From the NCBI GenBank assembly GCA_963787125.1, contig CAWBBV010000004.1, positions 32,001 through 96,000 on the forward strand: DNA of 64,000 bases, in the 5' to 3' direction. The notes beneath the pieces are model-generated. The model did no database searches. It was not told the DNA's origin and saw nothing but the letters and a program-made list of their open reading frames with translations. Made by a program: the position numbers and the translations under genes. Numbering within the stretch: the first letter of the stretch is position 1; each line of letters begins with the position of its first letter. This document shows, in pieces, positions 30,339 through 41,043 of this stretch. The stretch comes from an uncultured delta proteobacterium (GTDB lineage Bacteria > Desulfobacterota > Desulfuromonadia > Geobacterales > DSM-12255).

Positions 30339-31838
30339 TTGCAAACCGGCAATGGGATAACAGTAAGGGTTCTTGGTGATTACGGTCCTTTCTCCCGCAT
30401 CGGGAAAAGTATCGGCTATCAGGTAACAATCGGCGCCAGCTGCTATCTGGTGGACTGCGGTTCGCCGGTCTTTCAGAAATTCGGCGGCCATGGGCTGAAA
30501 AACATCAGCGGCCTGATCATAACCCACTGCCATGATGACCACAAACGGTGGTTCTCTGATTTTGCCCTGTTCAACAGATATGCTCCCGACGTCAACCACC
30601 GCTTGTGCCTTTTGACCTCGGACAAGGTCAACAGCGGTCTTATCGATGCCTCGGTATCAGCCCTGTCCTTGAGTCTGGCCGATGATTGCCGCCAGATAGT
30701 CGACATCCCTTATGATGACTATGTCGACTTCAGATCCATAGCGCCTGCAGCGAAATACCGGATAGAGCGACTCCATGAAGGAGCTGGGCTCTCCCGGCTG
30801 GCGGTTGTGAACACAGACGGCAGCGTTGTCCCAGCAGAGCTCGCAAAAATCTTTATCGGCGCGAGCGGCGTCCCGAGGATGCTTTTCCGGGACCCACCTT
30901 CAGGTGAATGGGTCGAACCGGAAAGCTTTTACCCGTTTTCTGCCGATGTTTTTTATGACAGCGCCTGGGCTCCTTTTGTCGACCCCGAAGGCTTCACCAT
31001 CGAGGCGATCAATGCGCCGGTATGGCACGGCGTCCCGAGCATCGGCGTCAAGTTCAGTACCGGCAAAGAGACGGTCATCTTCAGCTCCGACACAAACCAT
31101 GATCTTGAGCTATGGCAATCGCTTTATCAGGATAAGATCCCGCAGAAGCGGAAGCTCAGTGACAAGGAGTTTGCAGAAGCTGCCGTTATTTACGGCGACA
31201 TCAATGACTATATTGAACGGATCTGGAGCGAAGCCCGCTACACAGATGCCATTGCAGCTTTCAGCACAGGAATAATCATTCATGATATCGCCGTCAGAAA
31301 GAGCGTCGTTCATACCGATTATCGCCGCCTGAACCAGACAACCCTTGAGAAGTCGCGGACAGTCCTGACCCACAGCCCGGACAAAATGACCTCCGCCTGG
31401 CTGTTAAGCGAAGCAGACAAAGAGTTTATGGTCACGGCGGACAGCTTTTATGAAGTTGTCAACGGAGAGTTTTTACCGATTATCGGCGACTTCTTTCACA
31501 AAGAGGATGGCAGGTATTTCGTCTGTTTCCGCAATGACCATGGCGTGCACTCGATTTATGAAGGCGATGCGGTCCTGAGCCTCTCCACCGACCCGTTCAG
31601 AGGGGACAACCTTATTGCCCATGTTGATGTTTATGAAGATTTTCATGGCCAGTATCTGCCAAGACTGGATGCCGGGGATGATCACTATCGTCTCCGCCCG
31701 GACGGCAGGATTGAACTGGTTAAATTTACCGAATATGGCAGCTCCGGAACATTTGTCGAGGATCAACGCCCGCGGCTGACCGCCGAATTTATTGCCAGAA
31801 ATCAGCTTTTCCAGAATAGCAAAACCGAGGAGGAATAG
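30339..31838 (+). CDS. MBL-fold metallohydrolase with C-terminal extension
   Basis: LVDCG, THCHDDH, WHGVP, SSDT motifs. Confidence 0.8.
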   Translation: MQTGNGITVRVLGDYGPFSRIGKSIGYQVTIGASCYLVDCGSPVFQKFGGHGLKNISGLIITHCHDDHKRWFSDFALFNRYAPDVNHRLCLLTSDKVNSGLIDASVSALSLSLADDCRQIVDIPYDDYVDFRSIAPAAKYRIERLHEGAGLSRLAVVNTDGSVVPAELAKIFIGASGVPRMLFRDPPSGEWVEPESFYPFSADVFYDSAWAPFVDPEGFTIEAINAPVWHGVPSIGVKFSTGKETVIFSSDTNHDLELWQSLYQDKIPQKRKLSDKEFAEAAVIYGDINDYIERIWSEARYTDAIAAFSTGIIIHDIAVRKSVVHTDYRRLNQTTLEKSRTVLTHSPDKMTSAWLLSEADKEFMVTADSFYEVVNGEFLPIIGDFFHKEDGRYFVCFRNDHGVHSIYEGDAVLSLSTDPFRGDNLIAHVDVYEDFHGQYLPRLDAGDDHYRLRPDGRIELVKFTEYGSSGTFVEDQRPRLTAEFIARNQLFQNSKTEEE

Positions 31839-31840
31839 TC

Positions 31841-32713
31841 ATGTTTAAGGGAAGCATTGTTGCCATCGTCACCCCGTTCTGTAACGGCGCTGTTGATGAG
31901 AAAAAACTGCGGGAACTGGTGGATTTCCAGATTGATAACGGCACCGACGCCATTGTCGCCTGCGGCACCACCGGCGAATCATCCACCCTGGATAACGAGG
32001 AACATCTCAACGTCATCAAGATCGTCTTCGACCAGGCCAAGGGGCGCGTCCCGGTTATCGCCGGCACCGGCTCCAACTCCACCGCCGAGGCGATCGCCCT
32101 GACCCGCGAAGCCAAAGAGATCGGTGTGGCCGGCGTACTGCTGGTGACCCCCTACTACAACAAGCCGACCCAGGAAGGGCTCTACCGCCACTACATGGCC
32201 ATTGCCGATGCGGTGGAGATCCCCCAGATCCTCTACAACGTCCCGGGCCGCACCGGCGTCAACATGCTCCCCGAGACCGTGGCCCGTCTGGCCAAGCACA
32301 AGAATATCGTCGCCGTCAAGGAGGCCACCGGCTCCCTTCAGCAGGCTTCCGAGATCATCGCCCTCTGCGGCAAAAGCATCGACGTCTTTTCCGGCGACGA
32401 CTTCATCACCTACCCGATGATGGCCTGCGGCGCCGTCGGCATCATCTCCGTGCTCGCCAACATCATGCCCAAAGAGGTCGGCGACCTGACCGACGCCTTC
32501 TTTAGCGGCGATCTGGAGAAGGCCCGCCAGCTCCACCTGGACACCTTGAAGATCGGCAACGCCATGTTCATCGAGTCCAACCCGGTTCCGGTGAAAACGG
32601 CGCTGGGCCTCATGGGCAAGTGCTCCGACGAAGTCCGCCTGCCGCTGTGCGAAATGGGTGCAGCCAACAAGGCGAAGCTGGAAGCGATCATGAAAGAGTA
32701 CAAGTTGATCTAG
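31841..32713 (+). CDS. dapA: 4-hydroxy-tetrahydrodipicolinate synthase
   Basis: GTTGES, PYYNKP, YNVPGRTG, KEA. Confidence 0.97.
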   Translation: MFKGSIVAIVTPFCNGAVDEKKLRELVDFQIDNGTDAIVACGTTGESSTLDNEEHLNVIKIVFDQAKGRVPVIAGTGSNSTAEAIALTREAKEIGVAGVLLVTPYYNKPTQEGLYRHYMAIADAVEIPQILYNVPGRTGVNMLPETVARLAKHKNIVAVKEATGSLQQASEIIALCGKSIDVFSGDDFITYPMMACGAVGIISVLANIMPKEVGDLTDAFFSGDLEKARQLHLDTLKIGNAMFIESNPVPVKTALGLMGKCSDEVRLPLCEMGAANKAKLEAIMKEYKLI

Positions 32714-32813
32714 GCTGAAGACTGAAGGTAGAAGGCTGAAGGTATTTTCAAAAACTATTTGAGGCGATCGTTGAATCTGAAGGTTTTCCCTTCAGCCTTC
32801 AGCCTTCAGCCTA
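32711..32813. repeat. Inverted heptanucleotide (GGCTGAA) tandem-repeat hairpin
   Basis: TAGGCTGAAGACTGAAGGTAGAAGGCTGAAGG ... CCTTCAGCCTTCAGCCTTCAGCCTA. Confidence 0.85.
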
Positions 32814-32825
32814 TCGAGGCTAGTT

Positions 32826-33626
32826 ATGGTTAAAATAGCTGTCTGCGGTGCTGCCGGCCGCATGGGTCAAAGAATTATCGTCGCTGCCAAAGAAGCCGGT
32901 TGCATCGTTTCCGGCGCCCTGGAGCGTCCCGGTCACGAACTGGTCGGCCAGGATGCCGGGATCATCGCCGGTTGCGGCAAACTGGACGTCCTTATTTCCG
33001 ACGACCTCAACAAGGTCGTAGAAGGCTGCGATGTGCTCATCGACTTCACCACCCCCAAGGTGTCCCTGAAGAATCTGGAAGTTTGCGGCCTGAAAGGCAA
33101 AGCCATCGTCATCGGCTCCACCGGTTTTACCCCGGAAGAGCGGATCTTTGCCGCCGAACTGGCCAAGGATATCCCCTGTGTGCTCGCCCCCAACATGAGC
33201 GTCGGCGTCAATGTCTGCTTCAAGGTGCTGAAAGACGTGGCCAAGACCCTCGGTGACGACTTCGACGTGGAGATAGTCGAGCTGCACCACAACAAGAAAA
33301 AGGACTCACCCAGTGGCACCGCCGTCCGTATGGGCGAAGTTGTTGCCGAGGCCCTCGGCCGCGACTACAACAAAGTGGCTAACTTCCACCGCGAAGGGCT
33401 CTGCGGCGAGCGGACCAAAGAAGAGATCGGCATGCAGACCGTCCGCGGTGGCGACATCATCGGCGAGCACACCGTCTACTTCATCGGCCAGGGGGAAAGG
33501 ATCGAGATTTCCCACCGCGCCATGACCCGCGACATGTTCTCCCGTGGTTCGGTGCGGGCGGCCCAGTGGGTTGTGGGGCAGAAACCGGGGATCTACGACA
33601 TGCAGGATGTGTTAGGTTTGCGCTAG
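32826..33626 (+). CDS. dapB: 4-hydroxy-tetrahydrodipicolinate reductase
   Basis: GAAGRMG, DFT, ELHHNKKKDSPSGTA. Confidence 0.97.
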   Translation: MVKIAVCGAAGRMGQRIIVAAKEAGCIVSGALERPGHELVGQDAGIIAGCGKLDVLISDDLNKVVEGCDVLIDFTTPKVSLKNLEVCGLKGKAIVIGSTGFTPEERIFAAELAKDIPCVLAPNMSVGVNVCFKVLKDVAKTLGDDFDVEIVELHHNKKKDSPSGTAVRMGEVVAEALGRDYNKVANFHREGLCGERTKEEIGMQTVRGGDIIGEHTVYFIGQGERIEISHRAMTRDMFSRGSVRAAQWVVGQKPGIYDMQDVLGLR

Positions 33627-33634
33627 GAGAGGTC

Positions 33635-33946
33635 ATGCTTTCGACTTTCGACATAGATCAGCTGAAAGAGCGCATTGCCCAGGCCATGAAGCCGGAAAAA
33701 ATCTTCCTGTTCGGTTCCTATGCGGAAGACCGGGCAACAGAGGACAGCGATGTGGATCTGGTTGTGGTCATGGATTCGGCATTGGCGCCTCATCAGCGTA
33801 ATGTCGCCTTGAAACGGCTCTTTCCGCGGCGGTCGTTCTCCCTGGATGCCTTTGTCTTTACACCGCTGGAGTTTGCCCGCTACAAGGACATCCCCGGCAC
33901 CATCGTCTACAATGCCACCCATCACGGAAAGCTGCTGTATGGATGA
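33635..33946 (+). CDS. Minimal nucleotidyltransferase (MNT antitoxin-like)
   Basis: LFGSYA..SDVDLVV; start MLSTF. Confidence 0.88.
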   Translation: MLSTFDIDQLKERIAQAMKPEKIFLFGSYAEDRATEDSDVDLVVVMDSALAPHQRNVALKRLFPRRSFSLDAFVFTPLEFARYKDIPGTIVYNATHHGKLLYG

Positions 33947-34334
33947 TGTTACGACTGAAATAGTCCGACAGTGGCTTCTCAAGGCCGAACACGATCTGCT
34001 CAATATCCGCAACAACCTTGCAGCTGAAAATGTCCCGACCGATACGGTCTGCTTCCATGCCCAGCAGGCTATCGAAAAACTGCTCAAAGGGCTGCTGGTC
34101 GCCAATGGCCGCAACGTAGCCAAAACGCACGACCTGGTGAAACTACTGTCGGATGTTGGCGACCTTGCTCCGGAACTGCTTCTCATGGAAGACCTGTTGG
34201 AAGAGATCTCCGAATATGGCGTTGGCATGCGCTATCCCGACGATTTCTATGAGCCTACCAGGGAAGAGGCAGCGCAGGCGTACGGCATCGCCATGCAGAT
34301 ACAAACGATCATCATGAACATACTTTCGTTCTGA
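33939..34334 (+). CDS. HEPN domain protein
   Basis: FHAQQAIEKLLKG, KTHDL, RYP. Confidence 0.9.
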   Translation: MDDVTTEIVRQWLLKAEHDLLNIRNNLAAENVPTDTVCFHAQQAIEKLLKGLLVANGRNVAKTHDLVKLLSDVGDLAPELLLMEDLLEEISEYGVGMRYPDDFYEPTREEAAQAYGIAMQIQTIIMNILSF

Positions 34335-34364
34335 ATAATACGCACCAAGGAGAACTGTAACGTA

Positions 34365-35598
<1,234 letters not shown>

Positions 35599-35605
35599 AT
35601 TAACG

Positions 35606-35630
35606 AAGGGCGCTGATTTCAGCGCCCTTT
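35606..35630 (+). terminator. Rho-independent terminator after dapL
   Basis: AAGGGCGCTG-ATTT-CAGCGCCCTTT. Confidence 0.75.
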
Positions 35631-35690
35631 CTCGTAGCTAAATATTGCAGTTGTATTTACAAGATTGTATGTACATAATGTAGGTGTGAA

Positions 35691-35966
35691 ATGATATTCG
35701 AGTGGGATGAAAACAAGAACAGGAGCAATAAGGTAAAGCACGGTATTGACTTTGAATCGGCAATCACGATTTTTGACGATCCATTGATGCTGAGCCGGGT
35801 TGATAAAGATGGTCGTTGGCAGACCATAGGGTATTCCGAGGGCAGCATACTCTTGCTATTTGTGGCGCACACCTACCACGAAGCAGATGAAATCGTCGTC
35901 AGGATCATATCAGCGAGAAGGGCCAGCAAGCATGAAAGGGAACAGTATGAAAAAGGAAGCTTCTGA
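35691..35966 (+). CDS. brnT: BrnT-family toxin
   Basis: FEWDENKNRSNKVKHGIDF, RIISARRA; palindrome TATGTACATA upstream. Confidence 0.9.
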   Translation: MIFEWDENKNRSNKVKHGIDFESAITIFDDPLMLSRVDKDGRWQTIGYSEGSILLLFVAHTYHEADEIVVRIISARRASKHEREQYEKGSF

Positions 35967-36258
35967 AAATATTGTCAGGATCAAAGGGCTCCCAAATCTG
36001 ACAGAAGCACAGCTTGAAAATCTGAAGAGTCTCGCCGAGCGGCCGGATGATGAAATTGATTATTCAGACATCCCGGAAATCACCGACTTCAGCGGTTTTG
36101 AGGTTGGCAAGTTCTACCGTCCCGTGAAAGAGGCGGTTACGGTCAGGCTGGATGCGGATGTTGTTCATTGGCTCAAGCGTGAAGGTAAAGGGTATCAGAC
36201 TCGCCTCAATGCGATTTTGCGGCGGGAAATGGAAAGGAATAGCCGCAAGGCTGCGTAA
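35947..36258 (+). CDS. brnA: BrnA-family antitoxin
   Basis: IDYSDIPE, VTVRLDADVVHWLK..GKGYQTRLNAILR. Confidence 0.9.
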   Translation: MKKEASENIVRIKGLPNLTEAQLENLKSLAERPDDEIDYSDIPEITDFSGFEVGKFYRPVKEAVTVRLDADVVHWLKREGKGYQTRLNAILRREMERNSRKAA

Positions 36259-36301
36259 CCGCTGAGAAGATTCCCCGGATGGTGCGGGAAGGGTTGGGTC
36301 T

Positions 36302-36523
36302 GTGATGGCGAGTTGGGGAAAACCGGGCTCAATGAGTTCGGATAATGGTGATGATCGAATTGAGCTGATTGAGGATACTGCGGAAGCGCGGGCTGAGTTC
36401 GGCGAGAATTTTGGGGCGTACGAATTCCGGTTGACGCGGGAGCAAGTTGAAGGAATGCTTGCAGGAAAGGTAGTTGCGTTTGACATAAGCGGACGGGAAT
36501 ATGCCGGATTTATGTCTGTGTAG
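36302..36523 (+). CDS. Small acidic hypothetical protein (start may be 36332)
   Basis: ORF ending 1 bp before the inverted repeat copy. Confidence 0.55.
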   Translation: MMASWGKPGSMSSDNGDDRIELIEDTAEARAEFGENFGAYEFRLTREQVEGMLAGKVVAFDISGREYAGFMSV

Positions 36524-36524
36524 A

Positions 36525-36548
36525 AATAAGTATGGTGTCCTCGGAATT
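36525..36548 (-). repeat. Array element, inverted copy (foot only)
   Basis: Reverse complement reads AATTCCGAGGACACCATACTTATT. Confidence 0.85.
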
Positions 36549-36583
36549 GGGGCGTCCGCGAAAAACGTGGACGTGTCCCTGAT

Positions 36584-36904
36584 TTACCCCTTTGTTTCGT
36601 CGGAGCCAGGCAAAATCGGAGACAAATAGTCTACATCTACAACAATCGCTTCACCACGCCGTACTTGTTCCTTCACTTGTTGACTGATTGCGCGATTATC
36701 GCTCCTGATGAGTTCAACCAGACGGGTGATGCGTTTGGCCTCCGATTGACCGTCGTACGTGGCGCTCCACAAGACCATTTCAAACAGCAGCGGAATAAGA
36801 TCCAGCCCCTTATCGGTAAGTATATAGCTGTCTTTCCTGCCGTCTGCATGTCCCTCACGCACAAGAATACCCGCCTCAATAAGTTGACTCAGGCGTGAGG
36901 CCAC
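36584..36904 (-). pseudogene. 5'-truncated HxlR-family winged-helix regulator
   Basis: ASRLSQLIEAGIL...YILTDKGLDLIPLLFEMVLWS; N-terminal part missing, break at the repeat at 36911. Confidence 0.75.
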
Positions 36905-36910
36905 AGAGCT

Positions 36911-36962
36911 AATTCCGGGGACACCATACTTAATTCAATAGGCCACCAATCGATCGTATTTT
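36911..36962 (+). repeat. Array element (intact foot, decayed hairpin)
   Basis: AATTCCGGGGACACCATACTTAATTC-AATAGGCCACCAATCGATCGTATTTT. Confidence 0.85.
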
Positions 36963-36974
36963 GGCTTGAGTCAA

Positions 36975-38483
36975 TTATGTTAACCCGAAAACGCTCTTTA
37001 TACACTCTTCCAGTTTCGCAACTTCTTCATCAGTGAGTTTATCGAACATTGACTTGCGCTTGCCCTGTGAAAGCCTGCCTCCATTCTCGCGACACATCCG
37101 CATAAAGAGGTCAATCATGCGATCCGGCATATCAATAATTTCCTGCATACAGGACTTAGCTTTTTCATAGTTGGTCAAAAGATCCAGCTCTGAAACTAAT
37201 TCTTTTTCTATGGTAGTTTCTATGAACCTGAACATATTTTCCGCTATTGCTGTCATATCAATGTATCGGTAATACAAAGCACTCTCATTCATCACCGTCA
37301 TTTCGCCTGCTTCAGTTAGTTGGTAGTCTATAAGGTGGAGAAGCGGTTTTGAAAACAGCTCTAAAGTTTGATCGTACTCCTTTATATTTTGGACAAGCGT
37401 AGCTGAAACGGGGAAAATTAATCCTTCTGGTGTAAATTTGGTGTTTGCCAAAATATTATGAATCAGAAAACGGTGTATTCTTCCGTTACCATCATCAAAG
37501 GGATGCATAAAAACAAAACCAAACGCAATGATTGTCGCTGCAATGACCGGATGAACTTTAGACACGGCCATCCTCTTGTGGCATTCAAACATTCCTTCCA
37601 TTAGTTCTGGCAGATCTTCCGGTTTAGGAGAAATAAAATGTACAATTTCCCTACCAAAACCGATTGATTGTCCAACGTAATTTTGATCTTTCCGGAATTC
37701 CTCATTGGCAAACCTACTGTCTACAATACTCTGCTGAAGATTGATGAGACCGTCTTTTGTAAAAAAGTCTGTTGTTTCGGCACTCTTCAGCAATTCCACA
37801 AAACGAGCCGCACGCTTTTGGTCGGGAGTTGTCCGCTCAATCTCAAATGATGATTTGGTCTCCTTTGTGAAAAGGTACGAGATGGCTCGCTGTAGTATAT
37901 CTACCGGATATTTGTCTATAACCTGTTTGGTTCGCTCCTGAAAATCGATCTCCATATATTTTTTCAAGAAATCAGTCTTTCGTATCAACGGACAAAAGCG
38001 TCGACTCCCAGGAAGATTGTTATTCACCTTTTGACGAGCTACCGGTATTTTTTTGGCAGCTACATAAAGGTCTTCATCTAGCAGATCTACATAATTGGCG
38101 ACCTTAACAGGCTCTAAATCAAGTGTTTTCCCTATGAGAAATTCATAAAGGAACCAGATCTGCCGCGCATACTTGCCGGTTGGTGTCTTGCGAACTATAT
38201 CTTCGATTTCGTTAGGGGGAGTTTGTTCGAAAACGGCATTTATGATCTCTAGATTCAAGCCTTCATGTTTCAGCGCAAAGGTTAAATGGCCACCCAATTC
38301 ATCACCAGGATGGTAAGCCAAAGGGTAAAATTCCTTCCGTCTGTGTCCCTCTATAACCGTCTGACGCCTTCCCTTTGTTTCCGTGACGTACGAAGTGACA
38401 TAATGGGGCAACACCTGCAGAGAATAACGCCGGATCAATTCCTCGTATCCAACTGAACTGCTTTTTGAAGTGTTTTTATACAT
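36975..38483 (-). CDS. Fic-domain protein
   Basis: HPFDDGNGRIHR; visibly more AT-rich than neighbours. Confidence 0.92.
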   Translation of the reverse strand: MYKNTSKSSSVGYEELIRRYSLQVLPHYVTSYVTETKGRRQTVIEGHRRKEFYPLAYHPGDELGGHLTFALKHEGLNLEIINAVFEQTPPNEIEDIVRKTPTGKYARQIWFLYEFLIGKTLDLEPVKVANYVDLLDEDLYVAAKKIPVARQKVNNNLPGSRRFCPLIRKTDFLKKYMEIDFQERTKQVIDKYPVDILQRAISYLFTKETKSSFEIERTTPDQKRAARFVELLKSAETTDFFTKDGLINLQQSIVDSRFANEEFRKDQNYVGQSIGFGREIVHFISPKPEDLPELMEGMFECHKRMAVSKVHPVIAATIIAFGFVFMHPFDDGNGRIHRFLIHNILANTKFTPEGLIFPVSATLVQNIKEYDQTLELFSKPLLHLIDYQLTEAGEMTVMNESALYYRYIDMTAIAENMFRFIETTIEKELVSELDLLTNYEKAKSCMQEIIDMPDRMIDLFMRMCRENGGRLSQGKRKSMFDKLTDEEVAKLEECIKSVFGLT

Positions 38484-38627
38484 TTGCCTCCTCCATGTAT
38501 CTCACAAAATACTGCATGATTTTGTTTTCCGCAAGAGATTCATGTGGATTTATAAGTTTATAGCTTGCTATATGCAAATTTTCAGTTTTAGAACATTTCT
38601 AAATTCATTCGTTAAGTTCCCAAGAAC

Positions 38628-38935
38628 CTAGACGCCTCTAAACTAATTGGATTCATATCTGGGGACCAAAAATTTCAATTAATCCAATTCGTTCTAAAGC
38701 TATTTTCTATTTTCTGCCTAATTCAGCTAGAATGCCTTTATCCGGGCGGGTTTAGCTAGATGCACCAAACTAATTGGCTTTCATCGCTTGGTGCAAAAAA
38801 ACAATTTGGATTGTAAAAAAACAAATTCAATTGATCCAATTCGTTCCAAATCTATTTTCAAATTTCTTTCTAACTGCCTAGAAGTGCCATTGTTCAAGAG
38901 TGTGGCTAGAGAGACGTTCTTATCTATTTTTCTAT
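38628..38935. repeat. AT-rich imperfect direct repeats (two ~110-135 bp units plus a partial third)
   Basis: CTAGA.GC...AAACTAATTGG...TTCAATT.ATCCAATTCGTTC.AAA.CTATTTTC...CTAGAA at 38628 and 38756. Confidence 0.7.
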
Positions 38936-38940
38936 TGCAG

Positions 38941-38966
38941 AATTCCTGGAACATTCCCCACATTTC
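38941..38966 (+). repeat. Array element, degenerate foot
   Basis: AATTCCTGGAACATTCCCCACATTTC. Confidence 0.5.
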
Positions 38967-38985
38967 CTGACTCCTGCGCCGTCCG

Positions 38986-39468
38986 CTACTCCTCCTCCAT
39001 CCGCGGCCGTAGCGGAATGACCTTCGCCGGCCCCTCCTTCAGGAAGCGCGCCTGCCTCTCCGCCCAATCACAAAAGCCGGCCACGCCCGTCTCCCCGGTT
39101 TCGGCGAGTTCGCCGGTCCAGTCTGTGCAGAGATCGGCAAGCATGAGATTGGAAACCGCCCCTATCCAGGGCTGGTACACTACTTCCCCTTCTCCGCAGC
39201 CGGTATCCGCCTTCAATAACAGGTATTTTTTCTCCTCCGCAGTCGCGGCGAACAGCTCTTCGTCGTCATCGGCCATCTCCGTTACGCAGACGGCGTCTAC
39301 GCCGTATTCCCCAGGAGCGAAATTTCCTCGCCACGCATCAGCGGCAATGGCATCCGCCCCTGCAAGGGCAGTAAAGACCGCCTCAAACTCCTCTCCGGCC
39401 TCCACCTCGACGTCTGCGTACTCGAAAACCGGCCGGACCAGCCTGACTCTGAATCTCTTTTTCTCCAT
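38986..39468 (-). CDS. Acidic hypothetical protein
   Basis: ORF with GGAG RBS immediately downstream of the RelE-type toxin gene. Confidence 0.7.
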   Translation of the reverse strand: MEKKRFRVRLVRPVFEYADVEVEAGEEFEAVFTALAGADAIAADAWRGNFAPGEYGVDAVCVTEMADDDEELFAATAEEKKYLLLKADTGCGEGEVVYQPWIGAVSNLMLADLCTDWTGELAETGETGVAGFCDWAERQARFLKEGPAKVIPLRPRMEEE

Positions 39469-39488
39469 TGCGTTCTCTCCTGTCAGGA

Positions 39489-39779
39489 TCACTCTTTCAA
39501 CCTGCCCTCTGCCGATCGGTAAACGGCAAAATTTTCCCGCTTGCCCACGGCCACTACAATGACAACGATGCGCTGGTCGTTAACCTGGTAGACAAGCCGG
39601 TAACCGGCGTTTCTCAGTTTAATTTTGTAACAGTCGGCCATACCGGAAAGCCTGGCTGATGCCACACGGGGCTTGGTCAACCGTTCAGCCAGCTTTTTCT
39701 TGAACTGCGCGCGGATTGCGCCGTCCAGTTTCTGCCATTCCTTGAGGGCGGTCTCTTTGAACTCAAGACTATAGGTCAT
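39489..39779 (-). CDS. RelE/StbE-family toxin
   Basis: MTYSLEF..ALKEWQKLD, CYKIKLRNAGYRLVYQV, AVGKRE. Confidence 0.92.
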   Translation of the reverse strand: MTYSLEFKETALKEWQKLDGAIRAQFKKKLAERLTKPRVASARLSGMADCYKIKLRNAGYRLVYQVNDQRIVVIVVAVGKRENFAVYRSAEGRLKE

Positions 39780-40014
39780 CGAGGGAAACCTTGACCGTCG
39801 GCTCCTGCTCTCTTTCCTTGACAAGTTGCGCCAGATTGTAGTCCTCGAATCTTTCCATCAGCGTTTCAAAAGCATCGGCCGGAATAAGGTAGGCGCTGGG
39901 CTTGTTATGATTGAGAATGGCGACCGGTGCCCCTTCTGCTTCATTGATGATGCGGGAGGGGTTTTTCTTCAGTTCGCTGATACTGACGGAAGCACGAGCA
40001 TAGATTCTATCCAT
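39769..40014 (-). CDS. Phd/YefM (StbD-like) antitoxin
   Basis: SISELKKNP, PVAILNHNKP, VKVSLDDL. Confidence 0.92.
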   Translation of the reverse strand: MDRIYARASVSISELKKNPSRIINEAEGAPVAILNHNKPSAYLIPADAFETLMERFEDYNLAQLVKEREQEPTVKVSLDDL

Positions 40015-40134
40015 AAATAACCTCTTTTAAGACTTAATACATGGTACAAATATAGGTCATATTTGCCGCTGCTGCTAGAAACATTTCCTCCTGCGAAGCG
40101 TTTTTTTTACAGAAGGGTCATCTATGGGGTCGGG

Positions 40135-40160
40135 AAAACGCGGGACACTTTCCATATTTC
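40135..40160 (+). repeat. Array element, degenerate foot
   Basis: AAAACGCGGGACACTTTCCATATTTC. Confidence 0.45.
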
Positions 40161-40174
40161 TGTTTGGCCGGGCC

Positions 40175-40977
40175 TCAGCCTATCCAGTACCCTTCCGCAC
40201 GCTCCTGCAGCAACCCTTCGCGCACAAGCGTCCCGAGCAGTGCCAGCACCCGCTCCCCGTCCCGGCCACTCTGCCGGACGATGTCTTCTGCCGAAAGTCC
40301 CGGCGTCGCCAGCAGCAGTCTGAGGAGTTCCCCCCGATCTCCCGGTTCGAACCGCGGAAGGGGGACTGGCGGCTGTGCCCCTTGCTGCGGCGCGACGGGT
40401 TGGAGGCGGTCTTCTTCAGCATGGCGCCGTAGTCCATCAGGGCATTGTACCAGTCACGGATATTGTCCCGGTCCATGGTCTGCTCCACCAGGGGGAGGAT
40501 CTCGCGGTCGCTGACAGCGGTCCTGTCATGAAAGAGCAGGTGGATGAAGACGCTGCGAATGTTGGTCTCGATGAACGGGGTCGCCCGGCCGAAGGCAAAG
40601 GTAGCGATCGCGCCTGCCGTGTAGACGCCGATGCCGGGGAGGCGGACCAGATCGGCAACAGCGTCCGGCACGACCCCGCCATGCCGCGCCGTGATCTCTA
40701 CCGCCGCCCGCTGCAGCATCAGAGCGCGGCGGTTGTAGCCGAGTCCCTGCCAGAGAGCAAGCAGATCGGCGAGCGGTGCTGCCGCCAGCGTCTCCACGGT
40801 CGGGAAGCGGTCCAGAAAGGCGGCATATCTGGGCAGAACACGCTCCACCTGGGTCTGCTGGAGCATGACCTCGGAGACCATGATGCAGTAGGGGTCGGTG
40901 GTGCTCCGCCACGGCAGGGAGCGGGAATGTTCGCGGAAATAGCAGTAGATGAGCTGCTGGAACTGGTCTGTATTCAT
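40175..40977 (-). CDS. A/G-specific adenine glycosylase-like (MutY-type HhH-GPD); one base missing near 40335
   Basis: LPWR, VSEVMLQQTQV, WQGLGYNRRA, LPGIGVYTA; adding one C restores REIRGELLRLLL...YWIG*. Confidence 0.85.
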
Positions 40978-41000
40978 GGGAGGTATTCTAGCAACGGTTC

Positions 41001-41043
41001 CATTCCCTGGACAAGGAGATTTACAGGCAGGCGGCCGCCTTTT
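41001..41043 (+). repeat. Array element, degenerate
   Basis: CATTCCCTGGACA...GGCAGGCGGCCGCCTTTT. Confidence 0.55.
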
